Source: a virus | Lineage: Duplodnaviria; Caudoviricetes | Length of the DNA stretch: 52,591 nucleotides | IMG/VR virus record: IMGVR_UViG_3300025391_000002 | Span: 1 to 52,591 of that record | Reading direction: 5' to 3' (one strand) | Shown: one piece after another, positions 39,691 to 47,878 of the stretch | How the letters are laid out: each line of letters starts with the position of its first letter | Numbering within the stretch: position 1 is the stretch's first letter | Notes under the pieces: model-generated | Databases searched by the model: none | What the model was told of the DNA's origin: nothing | The model's input: the letters and a program-made list of their open reading frames with translations, nothing else | Made by a program: the position numbers and the translations under genes

Positions 39691-39837
39691 ATGAATTTAA
39701 TAAATATATTAGATAAATTACATGAAGTTGCATACAACATTTTATTTGTATTAGTTGCACCAGCTTTATTACTAGTGCTTTTAACAAGAAAAATTGTTAT
39801 TGATGCAAAAAATAAAATCATTACATTAAACAAATAG
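39691..39837 (+). CDS. Small 48-aa membrane protein (not in the ORF track)
   Basis: MNLINILDKLHEVAYNILFVLVAPALLLVLLTRK... Confidence 0.5.
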   Translation: MNLINILDKLHEVAYNILFVLVAPALLLVLLTRKIVIDAKNKIITLNK

Positions 39838-39847
39838 GAAAGTAAAA

Positions 39848-40255
39848 ATGAGTAATACATTAAAAATATTCAGCGGGTTCTTATTATCGTGGTATGGAGT
39901 AGCAAGATGGATTTTATTAGACAAAAGTAATGATACATCACAAGCGTGGTTAGAAAATCCATTGGGAACTTTTGTTGCTTTGGTATCTATAGTATATCTT
40001 GTTTATTTTATTATTTCTAGAACCCCTCAAAAATCTATATTTTTTTGGATTGCAACATCAATGTTATGGGCTGTTAATTGTTATTTTTTGTTTATAATGC
40101 TTTTTGAATTTATTAAAGTATCAAGTCCAATAAATTTTGGTTACGTAATGTTGGACGTTGCAATTTTAAGTTATTACAGTTTAGAAATTGTTTTTTGTTT
40201 AATAACTAAAAATAATAAAAATGCAGAATCTAATGCAATAATTTCTTACGTGTAA
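39848..40255 (+). CDS. Membrane protein (~4 TM) in the lysis region
   Basis: Hydrophobic segments; AGGA RBS. Confidence 0.6.
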   Translation: MSNTLKIFSGFLLSWYGVARWILLDKSNDTSQAWLENPLGTFVALVSIVYLVYFIISRTPQKSIFFWIATSMLWAVNCYFLFIMLFEFIKVSSPINFGYVMLDVAILSYYSLEIVFCLITKNNKNAESNAIISYV

Positions 40256-40259
40256 TATT

Positions 40260-40502
40260 ATGCAAAATGAAGTTTTTAAATTAATTCAAGAATTGTCACG
40301 CAAAATCGATGGGTTGTCTAATGAAATAATTGCTTTAAAGCAAGAATCATCAACAATGAAAGGCATGATTAAAGGTTTTTATTTATGCCTTCCAGTAATT
40401 ATTGGTCTTGTGTGTTACGTTTACAATTCAGATACAACGCGTTATAATAATGAAATTAATAATTTGCAAGAAATTTATTTTAAAGATAAGGATGCTGTAT
40501 GA
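40260..40502 (+). CDS. Coiled-coil plus 1 TM protein (lysis accessory candidate)
   Basis: Composition and position. Confidence 0.55.
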   Translation: MQNEVFKLIQELSRKIDGLSNEIIALKQESSTMKGMIKGFYLCLPVIIGLVCYVYNSDTTRYNNEINNLQEIYFKDKDAV

Positions 40503-40732
40503 GTAAAAAATTATTATTAAAATTATTAGACAGTGGAATGTTTAAATTTAGCCAACACACAACTTGGACATCAATTGCTCAAATATTAAGTGGTATTTCA
40601 TATTTTCAATCACACGATAATATTATTAAAATTGGTTCCGCTATAATTATTTTAATAGCTTCATTGTATAATTGGTTTAGAAATGAAATAACCAAAGCTG
40701 AATTAGAAGCTCAAAAAGCTAATAATGAGTAA
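40499..40732 (+). CDS. Putative holin
   Basis: Two hydrophobic segments and a charged C-tail. Confidence 0.55.
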   Translation: MSKKLLLKLLDSGMFKFSQHTTWTSIAQILSGISYFQSHDNIIKIGSAIIILIASLYNWFRNEITKAELEAQKANNE

Positions 40733-41219
40733 TTTACACAAAATATTAATTAGTATTATTACAAGTATAGTTTGTTTTAGTTTTGGGTATTATTTTGGTT
40801 ATAAAAAAGCTAGTTTAAATTGCGAGGTTAGTCGTGCTAAAATAATTGAAGCAACTAATAAAACATTAACTTTAAACAATGCTGATAATTTAACTTTATC
40901 ATTACAATTATCTAATTTAAAAGAATCATCTGCTTTAAAAACACAGGAATTATTACATGAAAAAGATTTATATATTAATCAACTTAATACTTGTCGTGTT
41001 AATAACAAATGGTTGCAGCTTGCTAATGCCAGTAAAAACCGTGTGTCAAGTTCCAACGGTACCACCTTACCTAATGGAATCCCAGCCGAATCAAGTGGTA
41101 TATTAAGTAATATGCTTACTGTCAATATTATTAATGATGGTTTATATGCCGATTGTCAAAATAAATTAAATGGTTGGCAAACAATGTATAGAAATTGGAT
41201 AAAAAATGCAACCAAGTAA
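40725..41219 (+). CDS. Inner-membrane spanin (Rz-like)
   Basis: N-terminal TM plus coiled coil; contains an embedded lipoprotein gene. Confidence 0.75.
   Translation: MSNLHKILISIITSIVCFSFGYYFGYKKASLNCEVSRAKIIEATNKTLTLNNADNLTLSLQLSNLKESSALKTQELLHEKDLYINQLNTCRVNNKWLQLANASKNRVSSSNGTTLPNGIPAESSGILSNMLTVNIINDGLYADCQNKLNGWQTMYRNWIKNATK
40957..41106 (+). CDS. Embedded outer-membrane spanin (Rz1-like; not in the ORF track)
   Basis: +1 frame MKKIYILINLILVVLITNGC-SLLMPVKTVCQVPTVPPYLMESQPNQVVY; AGGA RBS; Pro-rich. Confidence 0.8.
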   Translation: MKKIYILINLILVVLITNGCSLLMPVKTVCQVPTVPPYLMESQPNQVVY

Positions 41220-41658
41220 TAATTGTATTAGTTTAATAAAACAATTTGAAGGTTTTAAATTTAAACCTTATTTATGCCCTGCTAATGTAGCTACAATAGG
41301 TTATGGTACAACCGTGTATCCAAATAATGTAAAAGTACAATTAACAGACAACGCTATTACGGAACAACAAGCTACGGAATATTTAATAGATCATGTCAAT
41401 AAATCCACAAGTAAACTTAATCAATTTATTAAAGTTGAATTAAAACAATACCAATATGACGCATTGTGTGATTTTGTGTATAACGTTGGATTAGGTGCTT
41501 TTTCTAATTCTACATTGCTAAAAGTAATTAACAATAATCCAAACGATTTAATAAATATACAAGCTAATTTTATGAAATGGGTTTATGCAAACGGTAAAAT
41601 TATTATAGGATTGCAAAACAGACGTAAAGCTGAATATAATTTATATGCATCAAAGTAG
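41206..41658 (+). CDS. Endolysin, GH24 lysozyme
   Basis: FEG...YLCPANVATIGYGT, FVYNVG, GLQNRRKAE. Confidence 0.93.
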   Translation: MQPSNNCISLIKQFEGFKFKPYLCPANVATIGYGTTVYPNNVKVQLTDNAITEQQATEYLIDHVNKSTSKLNQFIKVELKQYQYDALCDFVYNVGLGAFSNSTLLKVINNNPNDLINIQANFMKWVYANGKIIIGLQNRRKAEYNLYASK

Positions 41659-41767
41659 CACATTATTTACTTATGAAACTGGTTAAACCTACTATTTATT
41701 GGCAGAAGGAGCTTTTATGATAAAGCACTGCTTCAGTTTAACCTCCCCATGTGCTATGGGTTTTTTT
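41656..41767 (+). ncRNA. Structured intergenic RNA ending in a terminator
   Basis: Nested stems TAGCACAT/ATGTGCTA, GGTTAAAC/GTTTAACC, GCAG/CTGC, GCTTT/AAAGC; CCCAT-GTGCT-ATGGG plus T7. Confidence 0.45.
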
Positions 41768-41772
41768 ACGAT

Positions 41773-43251
41773 TTAATTAAGTCGATTACGTATTTCTGAT
41801 AATGATGTTTCATTTATTAAAGCACCATTTTCAAATATAACACGTAATTCACCGTTTTGTTCTTCTTCTTTTGTGCATTGGTCTTTTAAAACATATTCAC
41901 CATTTACTAAATTTACACAAAACAATCCTTTAGCTGATTTCTTAATACCGTTATCAGTTTTAGGGTCTTTAAATATTTCTCTAGGTTCACCATTAACTTC
42001 ACCATATGTACTTTTAACGGCCATTCCAAAGCTATCACGAGTAGAATATTGGTACGTATAACTACCTATGCCAAACACAATAGAATCACTAGCAAATCCT
42101 TTTTTAGCCAATCCGTCAAGAATATCATTAGCACGCTTAAGAGTAATAGAATCGCCATAAATTGCACCGATATGCGAATCAAGGTGTTTATATCCGTTGT
42201 ATTCCGCACCGCCAAATATTTCATAAAGGCATTTTATTAAACCCTTTCGCTCTGGGCTATCCGTGCTTTCTGCATAATTACCACAAATAATATCTACTGG
42301 ATTACCGCTATCAGGTCTAATAACAACTTTACCATCTCTAGCTAAAATATCATGCTTAAGTTCTTGCATATAATTAGTAACTACATTCCAAAAATCCCAA
42401 GTATCACTAACTATAGACACAATGCCTTTTGGATAAACTTTTGTAATTAATCTACGGTAAGTATCAATTTCTGTTTCTTTGCTATTTAAGCACATTACAC
42501 TATGTTCAGTTGCTGGAACACTGCATCCTACCAATTCAATATCAGTATTACAATTATAATAGTATTCTGCCATGTCTATAGCTGGAATGCTATCAGTTCC
42601 TACAAAGCTAGTTAAATGAGCCATTCCGCACGCGGCAGCATCTACATTGCCAGACATTCCTCTAAAACTAAAATCATGCCCTTGGAATTTAACATTATTC
42701 AAATCACTGCCAGTTAATTTAGCATAATGCATTAATAATTTTTTGTATTCATAAGCAATAGTAGCATTAGTACATAATTTCCAGATATTGGCTGATAATG
42801 CAGTTTCTAAAAAATTAGTTACCCAGTAAAATTCAGGTAATGTATTTACTATTGTTAAAAATGGTACACGCATTGGCACGCGACTACCTTCTGGTAATGC
42901 TTTAATTTTAATAGGCATATAACCTAAATCATGCAATGCTTCAATATGTTCATATGTAATTGCATTTTTACCAAGTGATGTTTCAATGCGTCTTTTATAT
43001 TCAGCAACAACTTTTTCTTTAGATTGTTTAAAAAAATTCTCATTAAATAAATCAATAATAAAACTTTTAATAAAATATTGAATACCAAATACCACCATTT
43101 TACCATCATATAATGGGCTATCGTGGCACGGTGACAATTTATCACTGCGAGCTGTTAAATTACTATAAACTAATGTAGTGCCTTTAGGGTATTGGTTTCT
43201 GTGATCTACTTTGTAAAAATCAGTTTGAGTTAACGGGTTAATTTTAAACAT
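41773..43251 (-). CDS. NAMPT-like enzyme, likely Namat of NARP1
   Basis: TDFYKVDH, HDFSFRG, PATEHSVM, SIVSDTWD, RPDSG, IYGDSIT, FGIGS. Confidence 0.93.
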   Translation of the reverse strand: MFKINPLTQTDFYKVDHRNQYPKGTTLVYSNLTARSDKLSPCHDSPLYDGKMVVFGIQYFIKSFIIDLFNENFFKQSKEKVVAEYKRRIETSLGKNAITYEHIEALHDLGYMPIKIKALPEGSRVPMRVPFLTIVNTLPEFYWVTNFLETALSANIWKLCTNATIAYEYKKLLMHYAKLTGSDLNNVKFQGHDFSFRGMSGNVDAAACGMAHLTSFVGTDSIPAIDMAEYYYNCNTDIELVGCSVPATEHSVMCLNSKETEIDTYRRLITKVYPKGIVSIVSDTWDFWNVVTNYMQELKHDILARDGKVVIRPDSGNPVDIICGNYAESTDSPERKGLIKCLYEIFGGAEYNGYKHLDSHIGAIYGDSITLKRANDILDGLAKKGFASDSIVFGIGSYTYQYSTRDSFGMAVKSTYGEVNGEPREIFKDPKTDNGIKKSAKGLFCVNLVNGEYVLKDQCTKEEEQNGELRVIFENGALINETSLSEIRNRLN

Positions 43252-44026
43252 AACAATCTCTTCCTATAATATGTAAATTTGGGTGTTCAATTCTACAAAC
43301 GCTATTAGTAGTATAAATTTCTTTAATATCTGCTTTAAATAATGCGTCTAAACCTTTAGTAAAAAACCCATGATATACAAACAATCTTATATCTTTTACA
43401 CCTTGAGCTTTTAACGCTTCAGCACATTTAATAAATGTAGCACCCCCATCACATATATCATCCATAATATATGTAGGCAAAGTAACATCTTTGATTGTAT
43501 CACATTCGTAATTAATAATTTTACCCATTTCACCACGAATTTTTTTACAATAATATCGATTATTATAAAAATTATTATTATTACCATGGTTAAAATGATC
43601 GTATGCATGAACATCTGGAAAAACTATATTAGCAGAATTATCTTTAATAATATCTTCTAAATTATAAAGAAAATTTCTAGCTATTCTAATATTAAAATAC
43701 TTACAATAAAAATTATAAGCTGTTAAATTATGTATTGATAAAGTCCCAATAATTAATTGATCTTTTACAATGCAAGAATTAGCTAATAAATTAATTAACA
43801 ATCCAAAACTTACCGACTCTCCAATATTAAACATTTTATCTTGTCGCGAATAAGGTAAATACGGTGCATTAAGCGTTATAACTTCATGTGGATATTTTTC
43901 AGACAAAGCATTTATTTGTGTACATATTTTAAATACATCTTTTTCTTTTGTCCAATCCCAATTTATAGTTAATTGATCATTAACTATAACACCATATTCA
44001 CCAGTTGGAAAATTCCATTCTTTCAT
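43244..44026 (-). CDS. PRPP-synthetase-like enzyme, likely Adps of NARP1
   Basis: FPTGE, PYLPYSRQD, MDDICDGGATF, VYHGFF; overlaps the NAMPT-like gene by 8 bp. Confidence 0.88.
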   Translation of the reverse strand: MKEWNFPTGEYGVIVNDQLTINWDWTKEKDVFKICTQINALSEKYPHEVITLNAPYLPYSRQDKMFNIGESVSFGLLINLLANSCIVKDQLIIGTLSIHNLTAYNFYCKYFNIRIARNFLYNLEDIIKDNSANIVFPDVHAYDHFNHGNNNNFYNNRYYCKKIRGEMGKIINYECDTIKDVTLPTYIMDDICDGGATFIKCAEALKAQGVKDIRLFVYHGFFTKGLDALFKADIKEIYTTNSVCRIEHPNLHIIGRDCYV

Positions 44027-44208
44027 TATTGTACTCCTAAAATTGTTAATTCACTAATTTGCATTTGACGATATGTGTCTTTTGATTCAAAAAACCACGC
44101 TTTAAAACCGTTTTTAAACTCAACAAGCAATTTATCCATAATGTCAATCACTTTGCCGTTGCCCCATGCTGGGTGATATACGGGTGTGTTTATTTTAAAT
44201 TGATTCAT
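44026..44208 (-). CDS. Tudor/SH3-like small protein, paralog 1
   Basis: VYHPAWGNGKVI...VEFKNG. Confidence 0.6.
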   Translation of the reverse strand: MNQFKINTPVYHPAWGNGKVIDIMDKLLVEFKNGFKAWFFESKDTYRQMQISELTILGVQ

Positions 44209-44211
44209 AAT

Positions 44212-44466
44212 TTACTCCTTATGTTTAATTAATAATTCAACCAAAGTGGTTTTAAACTCTTTGCCGTTTTTTGTGTAATTGTTATTATATATTGTACAAA
44301 CTTTACCTTTAATAATTACTTCATCACATAAATGTATATTATCAATTGACGTTGGCTGCAATGTCGCTACAAGTTTATCTACAGCATTTAACGCTTTTCT
44401 TAATTTATTATTATCATTGCTAAACGTGCAATGGTAAATCAAGTGTTTTAATTTATCTATAGTCAT
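44212..44466 (-). CDS. Hypothetical protein (paralog of 44463..44675)
   Basis: Shared LI..CT...KALNAV. Confidence 0.55.
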   Translation of the reverse strand: MTIDKLKHLIYHCTFSNDNNKLRKALNAVDKLVATLQPTSIDNIHLCDEVIIKGKVCTIYNNNYTKNGKEFKTTLVELLIKHKE

Positions 44467-44675
44467 ATTTTATCCTTTATTAAATTATCTAATAATTTAC
44501 AAGTAGATGTCGCAGTAATTTTACGACAATTTAACATTAATGTTGCTTTAATATCAATTATATCTTGTTGTAATTCATTAACTGCATTTAATGCTTTATT
44601 AATGTCTTTTTGATTGCCGTTAACACCAAAACGCGTGCAACTTAAAATTAACTGTTTTATTTCATTTGTAGTCAT
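44463..44675 (-). CDS. Hypothetical protein
   Basis: Coupled ORF with RBS. Confidence 0.55.
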   Translation of the reverse strand: MTTNEIKQLILSCTRFGVNGNQKDINKALNAVNELQQDIIDIKATLMLNCRKITATSTCKLLDNLIKDKI

Positions 44676-44895
44676 TTATTCTCCAATAACCTTTTATTAT
44701 TAACTTTTTCCATTTAGGATGCCATTTTTTAACTATTTTATTAACAAAACATTTTTGTGAATAAGGTTTAACAACACCCATTATACGATCTTTTGTTTCT
44801 TCTTTAAAACGCATAGTAACGCTTACATTATTGGGTGTAGGATTTCTACATATATAAACTTCAGGATAGTTATGTGGTTCTAAACAAAAAATCAT
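44662..44895 (-). CDS. Hypothetical protein
   Basis: GGAGG RBS. Confidence 0.55.
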   Translation of the reverse strand: MIFCLEPHNYPEVYICRNPTPNNVSVTMRFKEETKDRIMGVVKPYSQKCFVNKIVKKWHPKWKKLIIKGYWRINDYK

Positions 44896-45140
44896 TATTT
44901 TACCTCCTCAAATATAAAACCAATTGGAATATTGCTTATTTTAACAATAAACAAATCTTGATTTGCTCGTACATCAAATCCATAATAATTAATTGTCATA
45001 TCATTTTTAGTAACGCTTTTTAAATTTTGTATTTTAGATATTACACTAAATAAATGTCGTAATCCTTTAAACTCCATAGCAGTAGCCATGCTTTCCTCTA
45101 AACTACCTCTGTGCCATCTAAATTTAATCATTATTTTCAC
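44895..45140 (-). CDS. Conserved phage hypothetical protein
   Basis: FRWHRGSLEESMAT...YGFD.R motif. Confidence 0.6.
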   Translation of the reverse strand: MKIMIKFRWHRGSLEESMATAMEFKGLRHLFSVISKIQNLKSVTKNDMTINYYGFDVRANQDLFIVKISNIPIGFIFEEVK

Positions 45141-45531
45141 TTATCCATTTAGCCCACATATGACTACCATCTTTAAATAATACACCAAAATCAAATTCTT
45201 GGTTTTTGCGTTGGTAAAACGGTTGATAATAATGATAACTTTGGGGTAAATTATAGTCTAAAAAATAAACATCACATTTAATTGTAACCTCATCGGCATA
45301 TATCTTAGCACCATTATCTAATAGCCAATGAGGGCGGAATTAAGGGGTTGGGGTAAAATTTAAAGAAAATATGTGATCTGAAAGAATATATACTGTATCA
45401 TCATTATTATATTTATATTCAATATATTTATTTGAACCTTTTAATATAAAAAGTATAGTAGCTATTTCATTTTTTTCAAATTTATTTTTCCACTTTTGGC
45501 CTATTTTAATTTCCATTATTATTGCCTTCAC
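45124..45531 (-). pseudogene. ORF interrupted by an in-frame TAA at 45340-45342
   Basis: The same frame continues for 71 codons after the stop (FRPHWLLDNG...ENND). Confidence 0.55.
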
Positions 45532-45679
45532 AACAAGTTAAATTATCTAACAATTGACACGCATATATAGCCGATATTTTTCCAAAATCATGCTCAGATT
45601 GTATTAATAATGCTTTGGCATTATCTATCTGTTTTTGAAATGATAAATGGCTTAATAGTTTTTTAATCTCAAAATCCAT
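45506..45679 (-). CDS. Hypothetical 57-aa protein (not in the ORF track)
   Basis: MDFEIKKLLSHL...; AAGGA RBS. Confidence 0.5.
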   Translation of the reverse strand: MDFEIKKLLSHLSFQKQIDNAKALLIQSEHDFGKISAIYACQLLDNLTCCEGNNNGN

Positions 45680-45713
45680 TATTTTAATCCTTCTAATAAT
45701 TTAGCAGCTGCTA

Positions 45714-46376
45714 TTAATATATCTGCATTTTTTTTGTATGTGTAATGTTTTTATTGTAAATCATATTATGATAATAAACAGGATAACCACTATTGTTTCC
45801 TAATGTAAAACAAATAACACCTTTAATTAATTTGTTACATGTTTTTTCAAAACCATTATCTAACAAATATTGCTCAAAATTAAACTCAGGTTTTTTTGGC
45901 AAAGGTTTAAGCTTAATACGCTTTTGTACAAATGCTAGAAATTCATTAAAATCATTAGTATTAATGTTTCCATTAAAATTATATAAGTTATATTTAAAAT
46001 CATTTTCTAATGAAATATCTAATGAAATATTACAATAAATTATAAAACCATCTTCTGTTGATTTGTAATTATTATACTCTTTCCCATCATATTTCCACCC
46101 GTTATATTCTAACACTTCTTCAATATTATCTTTAGTAATCGGCTCAAATTCTTGCATAGTTTTTTCCTCAGTTGTTTCCATTTTGGAAATAGGTTGTTTA
46201 ATTTTTAATTGTGATATAAACTCTACTAAATCAGAATACTTAATATCTAACCTCCATACTCCTTTAGCAAATAGAATCATAAATTTATCATAACCATTAT
46301 TAGCAATTACTTTACCGTAACCCCATCTATTATGTTCGATTAAATCGCCTACTTTAAAATTATCTAGAATGTGCAT
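45714..46376 (-). CDS. Tudor/SH3-like N-terminal domain protein, paralog 2
   Basis: FKVGDLIEHNRWGYGKVI. Confidence 0.6.
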   Translation of the reverse strand: MHILDNFKVGDLIEHNRWGYGKVIANNGYDKFMILFAKGVWRLDIKYSDLVEFISQLKIKQPISKMETTEEKTMQEFEPITKDNIEEVLEYNGWKYDGKEYNNYKSTEDGFIIYCNISLDISLENDFKYNLYNFNGNINTNDFNEFLAFVQKRIKLKPLPKKPEFNFEQYLLDNGFEKTCNKLIKGVICFTLGNNSGYPVYYHNMIYNKNITHTKKMQIY

Positions 46377-46379
46377 AAT

Positions 46380-46565
46380 TTACTCCTTAAATTGTTTTAT
46401 TTTTAATGTAGACATATGATACAAATCATCAGTGCAACTAAAAAACAATCGTATTCCATTAATAAACTCAATAGCTATTTCATCGCTATTATTAGCAATA
46501 ACCTCACCATCTCCCCATTCATTATGCTCAATTAATGTACCTATTTTAAAATCATTTATTGTCAT
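46380..46565 (-). CDS. Tudor/SH3-like small protein, paralog 3
   Basis: FKIGTLIEHNEWGDGEVI...IEFING. Confidence 0.6.
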   Translation of the reverse strand: MTINDFKIGTLIEHNEWGDGEVIANNSDEIAIEFINGIRLFFSCTDDLYHMSTLKIKQFKE

Positions 46566-46960
46566 TTATAATCTTCCTTTCTATATGGTGTATATTCTAT
46601 TAAAAATAGAAGTTCTTTAAAATCATGCAATACAGAATCCACTTCGTCATAATTACATCTTGGATATGGATCATCAATTTTTAAATTATCAATTTTAATT
46701 AATATTTTGGTTTTTAATTGAAATAATTTTTTATCTTTAAGTTTTTTAATTATTGTTAATTTATCTAAAATGCATTCATTAACATCAAAACATCCTTTAT
46801 TGTTTTTATCAAAAACACTATAAAACCAAGATCTGCCTAATTCATTAAAATCAATAAATAAAAATAAACAATTATCTTCTGTGTCAATCTTAAGAATTTC
46901 ACCAAAACCATATTTATTATGACTAACAATCATACCTAACTCAAAATCATCTATTGTCAT
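46562..46960 (-). CDS. Tudor/SH3-like N-terminal domain protein, paralog 4
   Basis: FELGMIVSHNKYGFGEILKI...IDFNELG. Confidence 0.6.
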   Translation of the reverse strand: MTIDDFELGMIVSHNKYGFGEILKIDTEDNCLFLFIDFNELGRSWFYSVFDKNNKGCFDVNECILDKLTIIKKLKDKKLFQLKTKILIKIDNLKIDDPYPRCNYDEVDSVLHDFKELLFLIEYTPYRKEDYK

Positions 46961-47129
46961 TTATAGCCTCCAATTCTTGTATTTTAGTTTTTAATTCATC
47001 AATATAATCTTTTAATTCATCAATATTATTATTTTTTTCTTCAATTAAAAATTCTAAATCATTAATATGATAAATTATAGAACTAAAACTATACTCCACA
47101 TCTTTTATATCAAATTTCCATACACTCAC
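46947..47129 (-). CDS. Small coiled-coil protein
   Basis: DYIDELKTKIQELE shared with the next ORF. Confidence 0.5.
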   Translation of the reverse strand: MSVWKFDIKDVEYSFSSIIYHINDLEFLIEEKNNNIDELKDYIDELKTKIQELEAINDNR

Positions 47130-47442
47130 AATTTATCCTTTCTAATTCTTGTATTTTAGCTTCTAGTTCTTTAATGTAATCTACTGCTTCATCAAATTTA
47201 TATTCTAGACTTGAATATAATTTGTTGTTTTGTATTGTATATTTTTCCATTTTTTGAGCATAAGATATAGCATCGTATTTATCTTTATAAGATTTTATGT
47301 CTTTTAATTCTTCCTCTAAGTCTTGTATATATTGATTTAAATGATATAAAGGCGTATATAACATTTCTTCAATTTTATCTGTTATTTTGTCTGTTACTTT
47401 GTATAATTTATCTATTGTTTTTCCTGCGTTAGACTTTTTCAT
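47110..47442 (-). CDS. Coiled-coil protein
   Basis: DYIKELEAKIQELE. Confidence 0.55.
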   Translation of the reverse strand: MKKSNAGKTIDKLYKVTDKITDKIEEMLYTPLYHLNQYIQDLEEELKDIKSYKDKYDAISYAQKMEKYTIQNNKLYSSLEYKFDEAVDYIKELEAKIQELERINCECMEI

Positions 47443-47523
47443 AATTTAATTCCCATCAATTCTAAATAAAACACAGGCATACAAATGCCCCATACGTACG
47501 TGCTGTATATTAATGTAAACATA

Positions 47524-47772
47524 TTAATCCAATCTAACGGTTATATTTTTAAAAAATCCACTACATAATGAACCAGATACGGGTTTTTTATTTATTCCAG
47601 TAGCGGTAAAATTACTAGCAAATTTATCATTTTTATCACAATCAAAAAAAGCATAACTACCAATTTTAATATTGGTGTATCCCATTGATTCTAAAACTCT
47701 TGTTCCTTTATTTGTATTAACACCACAACTACATAATGATATAATTAATACACTTAATAATATATATTTCAT
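47524..47772 (-). CDS. Small phage lipoprotein
   Basis: Lipobox-like LCSC; GYTNIKI..Y.FF.C...FTAT...VSG..CSG pattern. Confidence 0.75.
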   Translation of the reverse strand: MKYILLSVLIISLCSCGVNTNKGTRVLESMGYTNIKIGSYAFFDCDKNDKFASNFTATGINKKPVSGSLCSGFFKNITVRLD

Positions 47773-47794
47773 TCTTTTCCTTTAAAAATCACTT

Positions 47795-47862
47795 TGTCGG
47801 CTTTCCCGACATACCACCCCGTGCATACACACGAGATGGCAGTTGTCCGACAAATGCGGACA
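47795..47862 (-). ncRNA. Three tandem RNA hairpins in the intergenic space
   Basis: The middle 12-bp stem closes fully only on the minus strand, using G-U pairs. Confidence 0.55.
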
Positions 47863-47878
47863 GTTGGTTATTTTAATT

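Noticed and set aside
45340-45342. Stop-codon reassignment
   Set aside because: Only one in-frame stop was noticed; all long genes are intact in the standard code and TAA is the main terminator.
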